Position numbers and translations under genes: made by a program
In this document: positions 38,801 to 51,930 of the stretch, piece by piece
Position numbering within the stretch: position 1 is the first letter of the stretch
Layout of the letters: every line of letters starts with the position of its first letter
DNA from: Ptychomitrium polyphyllum
Taxonomy: Eukaryota
Reading direction: 5' to 3'
Assembly (NCBI GenBank): GCA_973851085.1
Contig: OZ316775.1
Span: 19,654,001 to 19,718,000 of the forward strand
Length of the DNA stretch: 64,000 bases
Notes under the pieces: model-generated
Database searches by the model: none
What the model saw: the letters and a program-made list of their open reading frames with translations, nothing else
Told to the model about the DNA's origin: nothing

Positions 38801-41800
38801 AATACTCTAAGTTCTTGTAGTCTGTGTATATCGTGATAGTATGTTGAGCTCCTTCCAATAAGTGTCACCATTCTTCAAACGCATCTACAATTGCAAGTAG
38901 TTCTTTATTTTGTATATCATAATTGATCTCTGCCGCTGAGAACTTCCTTGAACGAAAGGCGAGAGGGTGAAGTCTCCCGTCTTCATCATGTTGTGAGAGT
39001 ACTGAGCCAAGCGCAAAATCTGAGGCATCTGCTTCCAAATAAAAAGGCTTTGACGGATTTGGATGAATAAGAATTGGAGCCGACGTGAATGACTTCTTAA
39101 AACTTTGAAATGTTTTTTCCGCCTCTTCATCCCAAATGAACTTTTGCTTCCCCATAAGACGTGTCAATGGTATCGCAATCTTGGAATAATTCTTGATGAA
39201 TATCTTGTAAAAGTTTGCAAATCCCAAAAAGCATTGAACATCTTGAATTGATCTTGGCGTACTCCACTACATGACAGTGCTTATTTTCTTCTTATCCATA
39301 TGGATTCCTCCTTTGGAAATGATATAGCCTAAAAATTCAACCGAGGATTCAAGGAAAAGGCACTTCTCCAATTTGGCATACAATCCTCGTTGGCTTAGTT
39401 TTTTTAAGATTAATTGCACATGACAATTGAAGTGTTGCTTATCCTTTGAATATATTAAAATGTCATCCAAGTAGATGATTATAAATTTTCTCCAAATGTT
39501 CATAGAAGATATCATTTATCATATGTTAGAAGATTGCGAGGGCATTAGTAAGGCCAAAAGGCATGACATTGTATTCAAAATGACCATACCTAGATCGAAA
39601 AGTTGTCTTCCATTCGTCTCTTTCTTTGATGCATACAAGATTGTAGGCTCCTCTAAGATCAATTTTGGTAAATATTTTTGTTTGGCCAAATTGTTGTAGG
39701 TGTCTTTAAATTAATGGTAATGAATAGCGATTCTTTTTTGTTACTTTATTGAGACCTCGATAGTCCACGCACATACGTAATGATCCATCTTTCTTCTTTA
39801 CAAATAGAATGGATGCTTTAGCCAGTGATTTAGAATGTTGAATGAAATCCTTTCCAAGAATTTGATCAATATATTCTCTCAAGGCAGTCAACTCGGTTTG
39901 TGATAAGTTATAAATAGGTCCAAAAGGTGCTTGGGCTCCTTCTTGCAACTCTATGGTACAATCGTAAGGCCGGTGCTTTTATAATATGACTGCATTCTTC
40001 TTTTCAAAAACGTCTTTATAATCTTGATATTGACGAGGTATATTTTGATTAGTCTCTATTATAGAGCTAGACATTGGCGTGGCATAAATGGCATAGATTG
40101 CTTCATCATTTGCCGCTCTCATGAATGCCTTAGTTCCAATAAATGATGGTCCAAGATTTCTCATACCTTGGCGTTGTTTCTTTGAGGCCACACTTCATGA
40201 GCGCCAATCAGTGTGTGAATTATGTAATTCAAACCAAGGAAGACTTATAACAATAGGATTTATTTGGCATTGAATGATGTTGAAGACAATTTTAGATGCC
40301 TGGTCTCCTAAAACATCCTCTAAGGGTTGAGTTTCTTCAATAACGTTGCGAGACGCAACATATCGTCTATCAATAAATTCAACAGGTGTGGGATATATTT
40401 TTTTCACAAACACCATGTGATGTTTGGTTGCAAAATCCTTGTCTATAAATTATGCCGTTGCACCAGTGTCTAAGAGAGCCTCACTAACTATTTCATCATC
40501 TAATAATTTAATTTTGATAGGAAATGTAAAACAAGAGGTAGGGCTTGAAGGTAGTAAGAGACCTTGATTTGATGGTGGTTTCCTTGTGGTGTCCAGTCGC
40601 ATGGTCCCTACTGTGACTGGACAGCCTCATTTTCCAACTCCACCATTGTGCTCTGAGCCTTAAAGGCAGATCCTTTGATTTGGCAATCGTGCACTTTATG
40701 TCCAGACTTGTCACAATACAAACATAGATTTTCTCTTCAACACTTTTTTTTTTCTTCTAGAGTCAAACGTTTGAACTGGGCAGCATCAATTTGCATAGGT
40801 TCTGGTCTTTATGGTCGGCTTTCCAATATTCTTGAAGAAGTACTAGCCATGCTTTGATGTACTGGTCGCCATCCCAAGCGTTGTTCTTGGCGCCTCTCAA
40901 ATAGTTTGTTGTCACATGCTATTGCTTGAGTGATGAATTCATCTAATGTTTCAACTCTTGGCATTATGAGTAGCAAGTCCTTCACATTCTCTCTTAAGCC
41001 CCATCGAAATTGTGTGACCAAGGCTTTATCATTCCAATCAAGGTCGCAAGCTAATTGCCGAAACTCTGCAGCATATGTAGCAGCTGAGCGCTGTCTTTGT
41101 TGGAGACTCTAGATCCTTGTCTCAGCCACCCTCTCTCGGTTGGTGTCTCCAGAAGTAGATGTTAGTGCTTCTATAAAAGCATCAAAATTGTTCAATAGTG
41201 ATGAATGCTTCTCCATTAATGATACAAACCACGATAGTGCATTGTTTGATGAAAGAGTGGCCACAAATCCCACTTGAGTTGTGCCATGAGAATAGCAAAA
41301 TTGATGCAAACTAAAGAAGAGTCTTACTTGTTGAACAAAGCCTCTCAATTTTGACCTTGATTCATCAAACTTGTCTAGCATGCTCATCTTTGGCTTTGCA
41401 TGGTTGCATCATAAATCTTCTCTTTTAATATTGGTCTCTTGTCATCCAACATCATTTTGATATAGGCTTTGAATATCACCATTGGATTCTTCAGCTTGTC
41501 GGGTGTGTTGCTCCAAATTGTTGGTGGTATTAAAACGGGCAAGTTTTGTTCGAACTGTGTTTAATAATTCTTGGAGGTCTGCAATAGTTGCAAACCTATT
41601 CTCTGATATTCCAGGCACGTTATTCATTTCTTAAGACTCTCTAAGACAGAAAGACTATGAGTACCTTCAAAGGAGGCAAATCCACGTCTTTTGAAAGAAG
41701 TAATACTTAGTTCTAGAAGGAGAAACCAACTCTATGGTGCCAGCTTAGAAGAGGGCAATCCGCAACCTCTAAGACGCTATAGAATCCCCAAGAAGATGGA

Positions 41801-43245
41801 TAATCCACAATCTTCTTCAAAGAACCTTAGCTCTGACAAAGATGAAAAGTAGTCTTGGCAAACTGTTAGGGACACAAAAAACAAGAAGCAGAATTGAAGT
41901 GTTTTCCAAGAATTAGCTTATAAAGAGCTAATGATTAACAAGAACTCGATACAAAGATTAGGATAAGGCAGGATTCAAGATGATCCACAACTTTTGTTGG
42001 CAAGACTAAGGGATACCTTGTCTTACCTCTTATTTATACTATGACGCTTGTATCTCCTAGGATACTTCTAAAGAAGCTTCCTACAAGGCTTAAGAATGTT
42101 CTGGAAGTTTGGAGAACCTTCCTAAGAAGTTTCCTAAGATGTTGGAACCTTCCTAAGAGTCTTCCAAGGAGTTGGAACCTTCCTTGGAAGTTTCTTAAAG
42201 AAGTAGAACCTTCCTAGGAAGTTTCCTAAGATGATGGAACCTTTCTAGGAAGTTTTCTAAGGTGGAGGAACTTTCTTAGGAAGTTTCCTAAAAACATGAA
42301 AAGACTATGGAGACATCTAAAAGTATTCTAAAAAGCTATTATAGTATACTAGAAGGTTCTAGAATGTTCTAAGGACTATGTTGCATGATCTATGCCTGTG
42401 ACAGTTTATACCACTTTTTGAAAAGAATTCTCTTATATTTAGTAACTTTGATGCATTCTTAGTTTTATTTGTAGAAGCTTTTGGTGAATATAACAAGCTT
42501 TGTTCTACAACTATCAAGATTTGCACCGTGCACCAAAGACCACATTTAATGTTACTTCATGCATTGAAATTTTGACAAAATACATACAACATTAATTGGG
42601 AAGAAGAAGTTTTGAAGCCTTACATATTTAGAGGCCTCCGCTTACTTTCTTAACAAATCTTTTTTTTAAATTCATAAATTTTTAATTATTAAAAAGCCCG
42701 AGCCTTTTCATATAGAAGTCATAGATGGCTAATCTTTATCCTCCATAGATGTTATTCATGAGACCATCTCATTAAAAGTACTATTGAATAGCCATAGTAG
42801 CCAAGTGGTCTTTAATATTATTAGGTCTTTATCAAGTTCCATCATTCTAGGGCTTTTTTGGCTCAAAAAATACAACTTACATATAAATTGGGCATCTTGT
42901 AAAATAGAATTTTTAACATTAGAGCTTGTAACTACCAAACTTAGAATGAAGCTTAGGCATCTTATAGATTTAAGACCATAATGCATCTCTTTATTAGAGC
43001 TAGAGCATTTCTAAAGGTGGCAAAAAATAGCACTTCTTTTGCTATTTATGCAACTTCAACGCTCAAAGATGTTGCTTCATCATTGACCATTTCAAAAAAC
43101 TATATGGAATTTTAAAATGTATTCAAAAAAAAATACAAACATCTTACTAAAACATTGTTCCTATAATTGTGCCATGGACTTCCAAGACAATGCCCAACTA
43201 CCATTTAGACCTATTTATAATTTGTTCCAAAATAAACTTTTGCAA
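35900..43245 (+). mobile_element. Old degenerate Gypsy element C (gag-protease remnants), split by element B
   Basis: PKEPKTSLLKKF gag-like text at ~35910; ALSW|FIPLFEKN joins across 36088/42404; VVFNII..LGLFWLKKYNLHINW; PFRPIYNL at ~43200. Confidence 0.75.
36089..42403 (-). mobile_element. Full-length Gypsy chromovirus element B (degenerate), LTRs 41864-42403 (5') and 36089-36536 (3')
   Basis: Two TG..CA LTRs, PBS-position motif 41850-41861, PPT 36537-36550, gag-pol remnants, chromodomain EYEMEEILDSR..YFIHWQGY..TWEP. Confidence 0.95.
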
Positions 43246-43554
43246 TTGTAAACTAAATAAAACCTCTATTATTTAGAAGACTTACTAATTCACACACTCT
43301 TACATATGTATATAATGTGTAAAACTTGCGTTGTAATTTATTCAAAAGACTTCTAACCTAATCTAGTTTTTTATTTTACCAATTGTAATACACATAATAT
43401 ATAATATAGAGCCATATGAGCAATTCTACTAGTGTGGATGAAAAAAACTATAGGGTTGGATTGATTGAGAGTTGAGATTCTAAGTACTTCCAGATAAAAG
43501 ACATCCTAATCCAACAAGGTGATAACATTCATATATGCATACATTTATAGGAAT

Positions 43555-43821
43555 TGTCATGGATATAGATCATGCAACATAATCTTTAGAACCTTCTAGA
43601 ATCTTTTAGTATATTATAGTAGCTTCTTAGAATATTTTCAAAATGTCTCTATAATCATTTTTACGTTTTTAAAAAAATTGTAAGGAAATTTCCACTACCT
43701 CATGAAACCTCCTAGGAAGGTTCCATTCATCTTAGGAAACTTCCTAGGATAGTTTCACCACCTCAAGAAACTTCCTTATAAGATTCCACCACCTCAGAAA
43801 TACTTCCTAGAAAGGTTCCAC
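43555..43821 (+). repeat. Truncated LTR fragment of the same family
   Basis: TGTCATGGATATAGATCATGCAACATA start and subrepeats. Confidence 0.8.
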
Positions 43822-46800
43822 TGACTTGTTGAAAACAATCATGCTATGTATCTATGGTATTATTTATCAGTTTATCAAATTCATTGAAATTGTAATCTGT
43901 AACAAATTGCTCTCTATCTCCATAATCCAAACTATTTTTGTTTGAAATTAAATTGCAATTGTTCAACACTTCACTAGGTTGCAAAAGTTGTGTTAGTTGA
44001 ATAAAATTCTTATTCATATAAGGTAAGTGTGACAAAATCTACCTTATATTATTAACTTCTATGTGCATATTGTGTTGAAAAACAACACTTATCTATAAGA
44101 TTTTTTTATTTTTTGAAAATTTTAATTATGCTTTTAAATGATCCATATTTCAGTTAGATTTTTGAAAAATTGGAATTTAAAATTGCTTCAAACTTCAAAA
44201 ATATTGATTTTAATTTTTTTCCTACCTTTAATTCAATATTTTCCATAGCTTTGATATTTAATTTGAACTAACTTAAATTACTTACATTTAGATACTTAAA
44301 TTATCTACATGATAAAATTTGTCAAAGGTGAATACAAACAATTATTACTGTTTTGTGAAATATGACTTATTGTTAAAATTTAATTCAATTAGCCACTCCA
44401 TCAATGGTTATTTTAATATAATAATTATAATTAAAGCTTTGTGTTTGCAAATCTAACAAATAAGTTTAATAAACTTGATACATAATATGATTAGATTTAT
44501 TTTAAAAATATTCTTTAAAATTACAAATAATTTTGGTATAAGATAGAAGTTACTATAAAAATTCCATGACAGAAAGATGTTTAGTTTTATTTTAAAATAC
44601 ATTTTAGCCTTAACTTCAATAGTAAACTCATATAAAAATAAGTTCAAAATTAAATGAAATCATCTCATTTCTAATTGTAACTTTTAAGTTCCATCCAAAA
44701 TTAAAACAATTTGAAGTATTTGTTAATAAGTTTGATTTTTTAATGTATTGTTAATTGGGGTAGTTTCAATTTTCCCTTCTTTTTGCTCTATCAAATTTGG
44801 AACAAATACAATTCGCAAACAACTGATGTTATGTGTAACATTTCATGATTTATCAGTAAATATGATATTTAGCGTCAGGTTCATAAAAAAATCCAAAGCA
44901 TAACTATCTACAAAAGATTTGAAAATTCATAAAGTACAAGAATCCTACAGTACACATGGTTTGGTGTCTTTTCAAATTAATTTGACAGAAAGCTTTTTCA
45001 ATAAATATCATAACCTTTTGAAGACAATTAGTTCAGCACCATTTTAGTGCAGTGGACGAATGCTTTTTTTTTTGGAGTATGAATGCCAACAAAGCTACTG
45101 CCAAGATTCTGTATAATAGCGGCAGGGTATGGCACTGCGCTGGTGGAAATTGCTCAAAGAGTCAAAGCCAAAAAAATGCTTTAAAAAAGTAAAAGTAAGA
45201 AAAGAAGTCGAGATTAACACGTGTCAATTCGAATGGCGATGGAAAAATGGTACAAACTCATGGCTGGAAACTGAGCAAGATAGCCAAAATCTTCCACAGC
45301 GCCAGTAGGCCCACCACTCAGTTGAGTGAACTGGCAAGAGCAAATTTGAACATGTAGTGGAAATATGATGCCTTTAGATTCCTCGAATCTTCTGAGCTTT
45401 TGCGGCATAGTGGCCCAATTATGAGTGGTGGTGCACTGCGTTGTCACTCCCATTCCCACTTGCCCTTTATTTGTGCACCCACCTGCCCTTTCCTGCCCTT
45501 ACCTGCCCCCACCTCAATTCTATGGGAGCTCATCAGATGTTATGCCTATCAGACGTCCTGATGAGCATCAGTCACGGATCACTGGTCACTAAATGCAATT
45601 AGTAAGCTGGTCTTTTCTTTCTTCCACCTCCATAGTTTTCTTGAAAGATAAATTAAAACTGATTTTAAATGTTTAAGTAGACACAACATAGAACACTAGG
45701 GGCGGTTCACACTATTATTGTGGAAATGCAGGACGTTTGTACATTCGCATTGAGAAAGCGAGGTAGAAGTCCATTTCAATATGTATATTATGGCTTTTGG
45801 TCATTCATAGTATGAAGTTTCAAAAAGATAAGCTCAGTGGCTATGATCCATACAATTTGTGAGGTCCCAACAAATAAATTCAAGGCTTCGACAAACCTCG
45901 ATTATATGTTTTTGATGTTTTAAGCTTTTGATAAGCATAAGGTATGCATCACATCTTTGATTCATTTGAATTTTTTATAAAGTCTTTTACATGTTGTAGA
46001 AATCTAACCTTAATCCATTGATTGAATCAAGAGTTGGTACACGCAAACTAACACTAGATATAAATAATTGATTTGATGAAGTATCTTTTAAATAATTAAA
46101 AGATAATAGTTAAATGTTTATCTTAAAATTTTTAAGAGATAAAGGAGAAAAGAAAAGATAGCTCATGCTTTATTTTAAAGCAGAAGTGGCTCATTCTAAT
46201 CTAATGCCCTAATTTTATCTATTTGATTATTTCAATATTTTTAATTTATTTTTTAATTACAAATAGTTGGTTTATCTTTTCTATATTTGACAAAATCTTA
46301 TCCACTAGACAACTTATTGGCAATAGAAATCACAAGAAATGCTATCAAATAAACATTTATGAAGACAATGTGTTTTTATTTATATTAACATGTTCTATCA
46401 AGGTGATAAAAATCAATATTCAAATGAGAAGAAATTTGCATTGCAAAAGAAAAGAATTAATAAATTTCTAAGTTGGTAGCATATGGTATATTGTATAGTA
46501 TTCTAAATTTGAACATGTATTATTCAAATTAATTTATTATTCTTAAAAATGATGATAATTGAGTGCTTCCAAAAATAATCCATAATTTAAATACAAAAAA
46601 TGAATAAATTTTCAAAATTTGAGCAATTGTTGACAATGTTGTCTAATAGGGGCCAGCCACTTGTAGATGAAATTAAAGTTCATTTGTATAAGTTGGCAAG
46701 AAAGTACTATAAAATCCAAGTTTACAAAATAAATTTTGAAAAGAAAAGAAGGAAATTTCACCTACAAGGCTTTTGCTTTGCTACTTTCCACCAAAGGCAT

Positions 46801-47931
46801 TATTGCAATGATGCACATAAGAAACTTTAACCATACGATTAGCACTAAAATTAAATTTTAAACAAAAATATACCACTTTGTATGTTTTTGCAGTTTTATT
46901 GATTTAATCAATTAGCACCTATAATCTACAGTTTATTAGACATCTACCATTTTTTTCACAATAATGCATTGAATTAATCGATCAAGTAGATTAATACAAG
47001 AATGAATTGATTAATTTTTTTTAATAATATGATGATGTTTTTTTTATCATGCATTAAAGTTGACAATGTACTTTACAAAAGGTCTAAGACTTACTTTGTT
47101 GTTCCAATATAAAGCTTGTCAAGTTCTAATATTAGTAATATTTGCAAATTACATTTAGTATCAAAGAAAGCCATTTAAAATTAATAAAGATAATCCTTTT
47201 TTTTAATACACATTGAATGTAAAGGATACTATGATTTTTTTCTTGAATTATTAACTTCAAAAGTGTTATTTTTCCATAATTGTTGTATTTTTTACTTCCT
47301 AAATAATAAAATAGACTTTCTACTAGTGCCTTTATCTATATACAACAAATCACACAATACTTAAAACTAAAAGTGTTCTTGGATCAAGCACAAACTAATA
47401 TCTATACTTGCTATAAATTCTTCTCTTTTATTATACTACCTTTATTTTAAACGTTTTGTTAAATATTCATGGTTAATATAAAACTTGTATTTTCATTAGA
47501 TTTTAAAATCTTTCAAAAAAATTAAATAACTTTTATATCTCTATTGGTGCCAAATTGCTTAAAGCGGAGGTTATGGAGGGTTTACCCAAGATTACAGAGG
47601 ATCATGGGCTATAAATATCTTTAGGAGCCTCCAAAGCAAGCACTTCCAATATAGAAAACATATGAAATCCAATGAATGAAAACCTACACAAGTTTCAATA
47701 TGGACTATGTGTAATTTAAATACAACAAAAAGAATTGTAGAAAATCAACCTAAAGATAGGTTTCACGTGAAACAGTTGTGAATTTTGTAATGGACAGAAC
47801 AAATGAAACCATACGGAAGATCTGTTTTTATTTCACATGAACAGCCGACTGTCCACGGTTTTCCATCAGCATTCGATGTCTGATTGGACAGCGCATGAAA
47901 CGATTCCATACGGTCTCCATACGAAAACTGG

Positions 47932-48214
47932 TGACGTTGAGTTGCCTGATGACATGGCGGGAACATACTTTGATTGCAGAAGTCATTGGTGACGTCACTG
48001 GGTCCCGGGGAACTGCAGCGGTTGCATGCGCTCAGAACTTGCTGCCATGTGCCTGCCGGGGTAGTGGTAACTTTGGGAACTGTAGGAGCTGAGAAGAGGG
48101 CGGATTTGGGGCTGAAAACTGGGCACAGTGGTTACAACGACGATGCGCATGACGTGAGCGCAGGACGTGGGGTGACGGCCGCAGTGACGTCGCGTGTGGG
48201 GTCTGCGCATGACG
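47932..48214. promoter_or_regulatory. TGACG/as-1 element cluster upstream of the JAZ gene
   Basis: TGACG at 47932, 47990 (GTGACGTCAC), 48150, 48173, 48185 and 48210. The 48173/48185 pair has as-1 spacing. Confidence 0.5.
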
Positions 48215-48889
48215 GCCTTTTTGTCCCGTTGCTTGTACCCAGCCTGGTGCACGACGAGGATCGATGACTCCCAATCTCTTGGTTTGCACACATACCAGTT
48301 CTTTGGCCTAGTGAGTCTGGAATTCAGCCCCACATGCAGCGATAACAGACATCAGCCTCGCGTCGCCTCAGTCACCCCAGTCCAGGCTCTACCCCTGTAG
48401 CACTGATTGCAGCCTAACTGGCCCCTAATAATATCAAATCCCACCTCACTCGCTGCGCAGCGGCTTAGCTCATCGCCTTCACGCTTCTACGAATACCAGG
48501 CAGGGTCATGTTGTCATGTCAGAGTACCAAGGTTGTCGAAGCTCCAACCGCTAACTTAACACCGATTTCCGTTTTCACTGATTTGATGATACTTGATTAT
48601 CGATATCAGTCTCCCTGTGATCTAGTTCGTTGGGATTACGTCGCTAGGCTTCCCAATTCGGAAGCTTTCGAGAGGATACTTGGAGTGGCTATGGAGAGGT
48701 GCAGGAGGAGTAGTTGATGAGCGTGGGTGGGTTGGGGCGGTGAGGAGACGATGGTGGAGCATCGGAGCTTGTGTGGGAAGGTGTTAGGAGAACAGAGACG
48801 GTGGGAAATGGTGGCAAGATGAGGTTTTTTGGTGGAGCAGTGTGACGTTGGGGGTTTTGTGGCGGACGATCTGGTTTTGGGGGCCATCG

Positions 48890-51800
48890 ATGAAGGGAGA
48901 CGGGGAGGAGAGTGGGTTCTGGGATTTTCTGTCGCTGGGGAGCTCGAGTCGGAGTGCAGGAAGCACCAGGAGTGTGGGAGGGAGAGACGGTGTTCCGGGG
49001 ACGCCTTCGACGGCGGACGATGAGGGTCACCTCACCTTGCTGTCGTCGTTGTCTAGGAATGGGCTGAGGATGCTGGCGGGTGGCTCCAATGGTGGATTTT
49101 CCCTCAAACCGCCTGCGGTGGGGAATCTGAGTGGACTGCTCGGCTCGCGGAATTTAGGCTTGGGAGGTGGGGTCGAGAGGACGACCAAGGTGACTGGGGG
49201 TGGATTTACAGGTTTCTACAGAGCTAGTGTGCCCAAGACGGCGTGGCCGAGCTCCTCGACGGGATTGCGATTTGTGAGCGGGGAGACGCAGGGGAAAGAG
49301 GAGGCAGGGGCGTCCTCCTCTCACCGAGACAGCGGCGGCATTGTTGGGAAGTTGGAGCAGCCGCTTAGAACAGACGTGGAGAATCTGTCGCCGATTGAGT
49401 GCTGGAGGCTGATTCTCAAGCTTGGTGAGCATTGGTTTTGTTCGCCACATACATTCATTTTGCAGCATTTTTGAGCCGCAAGATGTTTCACAGGTCGTTG
49501 CACATGCAAGCCACTAAAGGGTGATAACCAATCGGTTTATATCACATGATCCATCAGCTTACTTACACATCCGGCATCCTTTTGCACTACTCTTTAGTGA
49601 CGGTCAGTTGATTTATGTTTCATGTGCTTCATGCTCTGCCCAAGGAGATCAGTGAGGGAAGAGGAACGAAGAGTATCAGATGGAAAATGTTTCGTTCAGA
49701 TTTACATTTAGATCTGGGTTTCTTAAGTAAGACGGGTAGATGATAGACATAGTACTGGTTTGCGTGTTTGGATCTTGAGTTGATTTAGCGTCAGTCCTTG
49801 ATGTAGTGACTCGTTCCAGGCTTTGCTGTACTGTTTACAGAAGCTTATGAGATTTTGTCGCTTATGTAGGGAAGCGATGGCCTGCTTGGAACGGAACAAC
49901 CGCATTACAATCACTTGTAAGTTTTCTTTATGACCAAACAGCCTAGCTTTGAAGTGCTTCAGACTTTGCATACTCGAGGCTGAGTGAGTACGTTCTTGTT
50001 CTAATATAAGAAGTTTTCATTTTATTTTTCAAGTTTTTGAAATGGTGCGTGGTGTTTTGAAACAGCAAGGAGTGTTGAAAGATAGAAGTTCAGCCTTTGA
50101 AGGTTTGGATCGTGGCCATTATTTGCACAAGGATGAGTGTCTGGGTGGAAATCCTGCAAATTTGCAAATAGGACACGATTCTTTGAAGTTGCTCGCTAGT
50201 CGGGCGTTAGAAGCGCTTGCACAAACACCTGATCGGAACGGCAAACCCGATGGAAGCATGCTAGCTCCAAAATTAACAACGCTAGAGTTTTTGAAAACCA
50301 TGGCAGCAAGAGATTCAACGCCTACTTCACAATCGGCACATCCAACACTGCCTGTTTACCAACAATCAACTTTGTCAGCCAAACCACACATTTCTTCATC
50401 ACGAGAATTGTAAGGTTTCCATCTCCAGTTAGTATCGCCGATGTTACATCTTACTGTGTGTTTTCATTGTAGTGATAGATGTGGTGGCTACTAGTACGAA
50501 TTACTTCTGTTTGTGATGTCTCAACGTTTCAACAGGGCTGCCCCTTCGACTAGTTCAGCAAGACCTCGGACTTCCCCATTAACGATCTTCTATGCTGGCA
50601 CCGTAAATGTGTGTGAGGATGTTCCAGAAGACAAGGTAAACCCATTTAGTGGATCTCGGTTATCTTCCTAGTGTTGATCCCCATTGTTGTGGAGCAACTG
50701 AATGTACTTTCTGTAGGTTTTTTCTAATTGTCTGAATAACTTGTTGCGAGAATTCTCACCATTTTTCCTTTGGCTGATACAGGCACGTCTTATTATGCAA
50801 TTTGCTGAGAAAGCAGGTATTAAATCCAATGCTCAAGCACCTGCACCAAGTGCATCGTGCACAGCACCATCGACAAGTGCTTCACCTCAAATCATTCCTC
50901 AAGGAAGTGCTCGACCACAAGAAGACCTTCAGCTTTCCCAATCTTTTTACTCAGCTTCGGTGACTGAGACAGCGTCTGTTCTCTCTCATCTGTCGCAATC
51001 AGCAACACATTCGGAAGGTTTCAGCTCTTTTCAGAAGCCTGCAGAGAGTTCAAGTCCTGCAGAGATGGCAACTGCTGAACTACCTCCGATGCCTCTCACG
51101 GTTACCGTCACAAAGGGCAACTCTCGGCAACAAAGGCAGCAACAAGGGCCGGCCAAACGTGAGCACAATAATTTTCTGCTTTCCATATTTGCAGGTTGCA
51201 CTGCAATCTACTTCTTCATTTCTGTGCTCCTGCCTGGGTTGTGCCCGTTCTTATTCACGTTCTCGTTCTATTCTTGTTCAGCCCTGCCAAATGCTCGGAA
51301 GAACTCTTTGGCGCGTTTCCTGGATTCTAAGAAAAGGTATGTCATCCATAAACTTATTGCTCACACATACTAGTAGCTTAGCCTTTGTCAATGGCAAAGT
51401 TACCCATTTCATTGCAAAACGGACGATATAAAAGTAATGAATTTTAATTTTTAATGACAAGATTCACTCAAAATTCAATATTTTTCACTCTGTAGGTTCA
51501 AATCTTATGAAACAACTGATGTGCAACCCCGCTCATCGAGGGATTCTCAATCGAATGTAGCTTACGGTCTAGAAGATTTATGATACAATCACGAATAGAT
51601 AGAACAAACTACCTTTCTTAGGATATATACATATATGTGAATGCCAATGTCCTTTCCCTGCAGTAATTCAGTGCATGTTTGCTCCAACATTGATATGAGT
51701 TCACTTTCATCAGGAACAGACCAACAGCATCAAGCTCCGATGGCCAACCATCAAAGAGACGAGCACGCGGGCTTCCTTCGGGTGGTAGCCCAAGTGATGC

Positions 51801-51930
51801 AGACGACATGAAGGGTAGTGGGAAGTTGCCCATGCCCTTATGCAGCCAATCATCCATTGATTCTGAGGGGATTACTACCATGTTTTCTAATGATGCTGAG
51901 ATGATATTCGACGATTCTGTTACGAAGTAG
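48890..51930 (+). CDS. TIFY/JAZ family protein, about 540 aa; exons 48890-49424, 50070-50409, 50536-50635, 50783-51158, 51282-51336, 51714-51930
   Basis: TIFY motif PLTIFYAGTVNVCEDVPEDK|ARLIMQFA and Jas motif LPNARKNSLARFLDSKKR. GT-AG sites are phase-consistent (1623 nt). First-exon join and last exon less certain. Confidence 0.85.
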
